Shown piece after piece: positions 30,331 through 32,000 of a DNA stretch of 32,000 nt. Both the position numbers and the translations under genes were made by a program. How positions within the stretch are numbered: position 1 is the first letter of the stretch; each line of letters opens with the position of its first letter. The notes beneath the pieces were generated by a model that saw only the letters and a program-made list of their open reading frames with translations, searched no databases and was not told the DNA's origin. Where the stretch lies: positions 87,840 through 119,839 of the forward strand of contig CAVSDP010000035.1 in the NCBI GenBank assembly GCA_963726655.1. The letters run 5' to 3'. The stretch comes from Methanomassiliicoccaceae archaeon. GTDB taxonomy: Archaea; Thermoplasmatota; Thermoplasmata; Methanomassiliicoccales; Methanomassiliicoccaceae.

Positions 30331-30999
30331 ATTGGTGTTATTGTTTGTAGATGTGTTGCTTTTTCCAGAGTTGTCATGCTCATATAGCGCAAGATTAAGC
30401 TCTAGGACATTGACATCTTTATCTCCAGTTATATCGGTCGTCGTATAGGTATTGATAAGTGATAACACATAAGAGGCATTCAATTTTTGATCATCCGCCA
30501 CTCTAGGAAGCTGATATATGGCTGCAGCATAGCTAATGTCCGGGTCAAGCCCACTGCCAGAAGCGGTAACTAGGTCTGATGGGATAGGCTCAGTATTGTT
30601 CGGGTCTGCTGCATGAAGAGCATTTACCCTCGCCTGCACCAACGCTTCCAGTTCTGAACTATTAGAAGCTAGGTTCGTACCTCCTGACTCAGTTCCATTA
30701 TAATCCGATGCGGATAGTCTGCCCCAGAAGTATGAATCGTTCGTGAACCACTGTCCGATGAGCGAAGACCCTACTACCGTACCGTTCACTACTATCTGGC
30801 TACCATTTGCCTCATATGGGAACGCAGTTTGGGATACGCCAGTGACAAGCAATGGATAGACGACACCGGTTATAAGTAAAAGGATCAAAAAGATGATTAT
30901 GCATGGACGTGCCTGTTTTGCTACGGCCACCAAGCCTGACTTCAGCTTGACGGACAGGGGGGGCCTTTCCTTTTTTTGGGTCTGTTCATCCTTGCTCAT
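30327..30999 (-). CDS. kdpC: K+-transporting ATPase subunit KdpC; stop codon reachable only after a 1-nt correction
   Basis: An N-terminal TM helix ([18 protein letters not shown]) is followed by [35 protein letters not shown] and [10 protein letters not shown]. As sequenced it runs without a stop into kdpA. Removing one base of the T5 run at 30360-30364 (A5 on the coding strand) gives ...[14 protein letters not shown] with the TGA at 30327-30329. Confidence 0.8.
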
Positions 31000-32000
31000 G
31001 TCCTAACCCCCATGAGTACGAGCGCTACATCTATCAGTTTGATACCTATGAACGGTACGATTATTCCACCCAGGCCATATATGAAGAGATTCTTGCGAAG
31101 AGATTGTTCGGCGGTCATTGGGCGATATTTTACACCCCGTAGGGCTAGCGGTATTAGTAGGACGATAATGATCGCATTGAATATAACAGCTGAAAGTATC
31201 GCGTCCTGAAGGCCCATGAAGTTCAATGCGGCCAAGGCAGGATATGTGACCGCGAAAGCTGCAGGGATTATAACAAAATATTTTGCCACATCATTTGTTA
31301 TGCTAAATGTCGTTAGGGCCCCTCTTGTCATCAACAACTGTTTGCCTGTCTCCACGACCTCGATCAGCTTTGTAGGATCGCTATCAAGGTCTATCATGTT
31401 GGCCGCTTCTTTCGCAGGTTGGGTACCGCTGTTCATAGCTACAGCAACATCCGCTTGGGCCAGAGCTGGTGCATCATTCGTACCATCGCCGGTCATTGCT
31501 ACCAAACGTCCCTCTGCCTGATATTGTCTGATCATTTGGATCTTCTTCTCAGGAGTAGCCTCAGCTAGAAAATCATCAACACCTGCCTCGGCGGCGATCG
31601 CAGCAGCTGTTAGCTTATTATCGCCTGTGACCATGACCGTTTTGATGCCCATGCGCCTTAACTGGGCGAACCTTTCTTTTATACCGGGCTTTACAACATC
31701 CTTAAGATGTATCACTCCAACGGCCTTTCCGTCCTTAGCGATGACCAGGGGAGTACCGCCCGTTCTTGCGATCCTATCCACTTCTTCCCTTATGATGGGT
31801 TGATATATGTTACCTGAAGCGATGACATATTTCTCTATGGCGTCACTAGCCCCCTTTCTTATTGAGGTCGTACCCACATCTACCCCGCTCATACGTGTGT
31901 GCGCTGTAAAAGGTATATAGCTCATTATTGCTTTTTCTTCTGGCTTTATTACATCACTTTCTTGGATACCGTATTTTTCTAATGCGAGCAGAACAATACT
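30996..32000 (-). CDS. kdpB: K+-transporting P-type ATPase subunit KdpB, C-terminal half; 5' end outside window
   Basis: The frame stays open to the window edge ([16 protein letters not shown]...). [42 protein letters not shown] and [12 protein letters not shown] are present. The stop overlaps the kdpC ATG as ATGA at 30996-30999. Confidence 0.92.
   Translation of the reverse strand, partial: SIVLLALEKYGIQESDVIKPEEKAIMSYIPFTAHTRMSGVDVGTTSIRKGASDAIEKYVIASGNIYQPIIREEVDRIARTGGTPLVIAKDGKAVGVIHLKDVVKPGIKERFAQLRRMGIKTVMVTGDNKLTAAAIAAEAGVDDFLAEATPEKKIQMIRQYQAEGRLVAMTGDGTNDAPALAQADVAVAMNSGTQPAKEAANMIDLDSDPTKLIEVVETGKQLLMTRGALTTFSITNDVAKYFVIIPAAFAVTYPALAALNFMGLQDAILSAVIFNAIIIVLLIPLALRGVKYRPMTAEQSLRKNLFIYGLGGIIVPFIGIKLIDVALVLMGVRT

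Noticed and set aside
29614-30999. A single 461-aa ORF that looks like a novel KdpC-KdpA fusion protein.
   Set aside because: It is not accepted as sequenced, for three reasons:
- The ORF also contains an internal out-of-frame KdpA segment and ends in a frameshift.
- A one-base correction in an A5 run restores a KdpC stop overlapping a GTG start.
- The surrounding 10 kb is full of single-base indels.

It is kept as a finding to verify rather than as a feature.

Overview
The window is an archaeal chromosomal segment, probably euryarchaeal or Thermoplasmata-like. This is supported by an archaeal DnaG, a LonB-type AAA+ protein, a class V FBP aldolase/phosphatase, a short archaeal TIM, Trm1, MptD, THEP1 and a tRNA-Ser carrying a bulge-helix-bulge intron.

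Gene content is mostly housekeeping. From left to right:
- a LarE-like gene (partial)
- pmbA-tldD
- hemerythrin
- tRNA-Ser
- a SAMP-like gene
- rimI
- the dnaG/Lon-like ATPase pair
- a K/A-rich small protein
- the fbp-tpiA pair
- ferredoxin
- aspS
- a RusA-like resolvase
- nadA
- mptD
- THEP1-trm1-purA
- a GT4 glycosyltransferase
- a UbiD-family decarboxylase
- gltX
- a methyltransferase
- a kdp cluster read on the minus strand as kdpB-kdpC-kdpA-kdpD, with kdpB cut by the right edge

I found no rRNA, CRISPR array, integrase or transposase, and no convincing new multi-gene system.

The dominant anomaly is about 17 single-base frame disruptions in conserved genes, some of them essential. 14 of the 17 behave as an extra base, and 14 lie between 20.6 and 30.5 kb. 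I read these mainly as assembly indels rather than biology.

The observations most worth following up:
- a LonB-derived ATPase with a zinc ribbon instead of transmembrane helices and no protease domain, translationally coupled to dnaG
- a 42-nt tandem repeat encoding a charged linker inside DnaG
- an orphan RusA-like resolvase with an N-terminal extension
- the permuted kdp gene order and a kinase-less KdpD
- a GC-rich structured intergenic element at about 5135-5312
- a palindrome bracketing the TATA-like element of the fbp-tpiA promoter

All family assignments come from motif recognition by eye. No database search was run.
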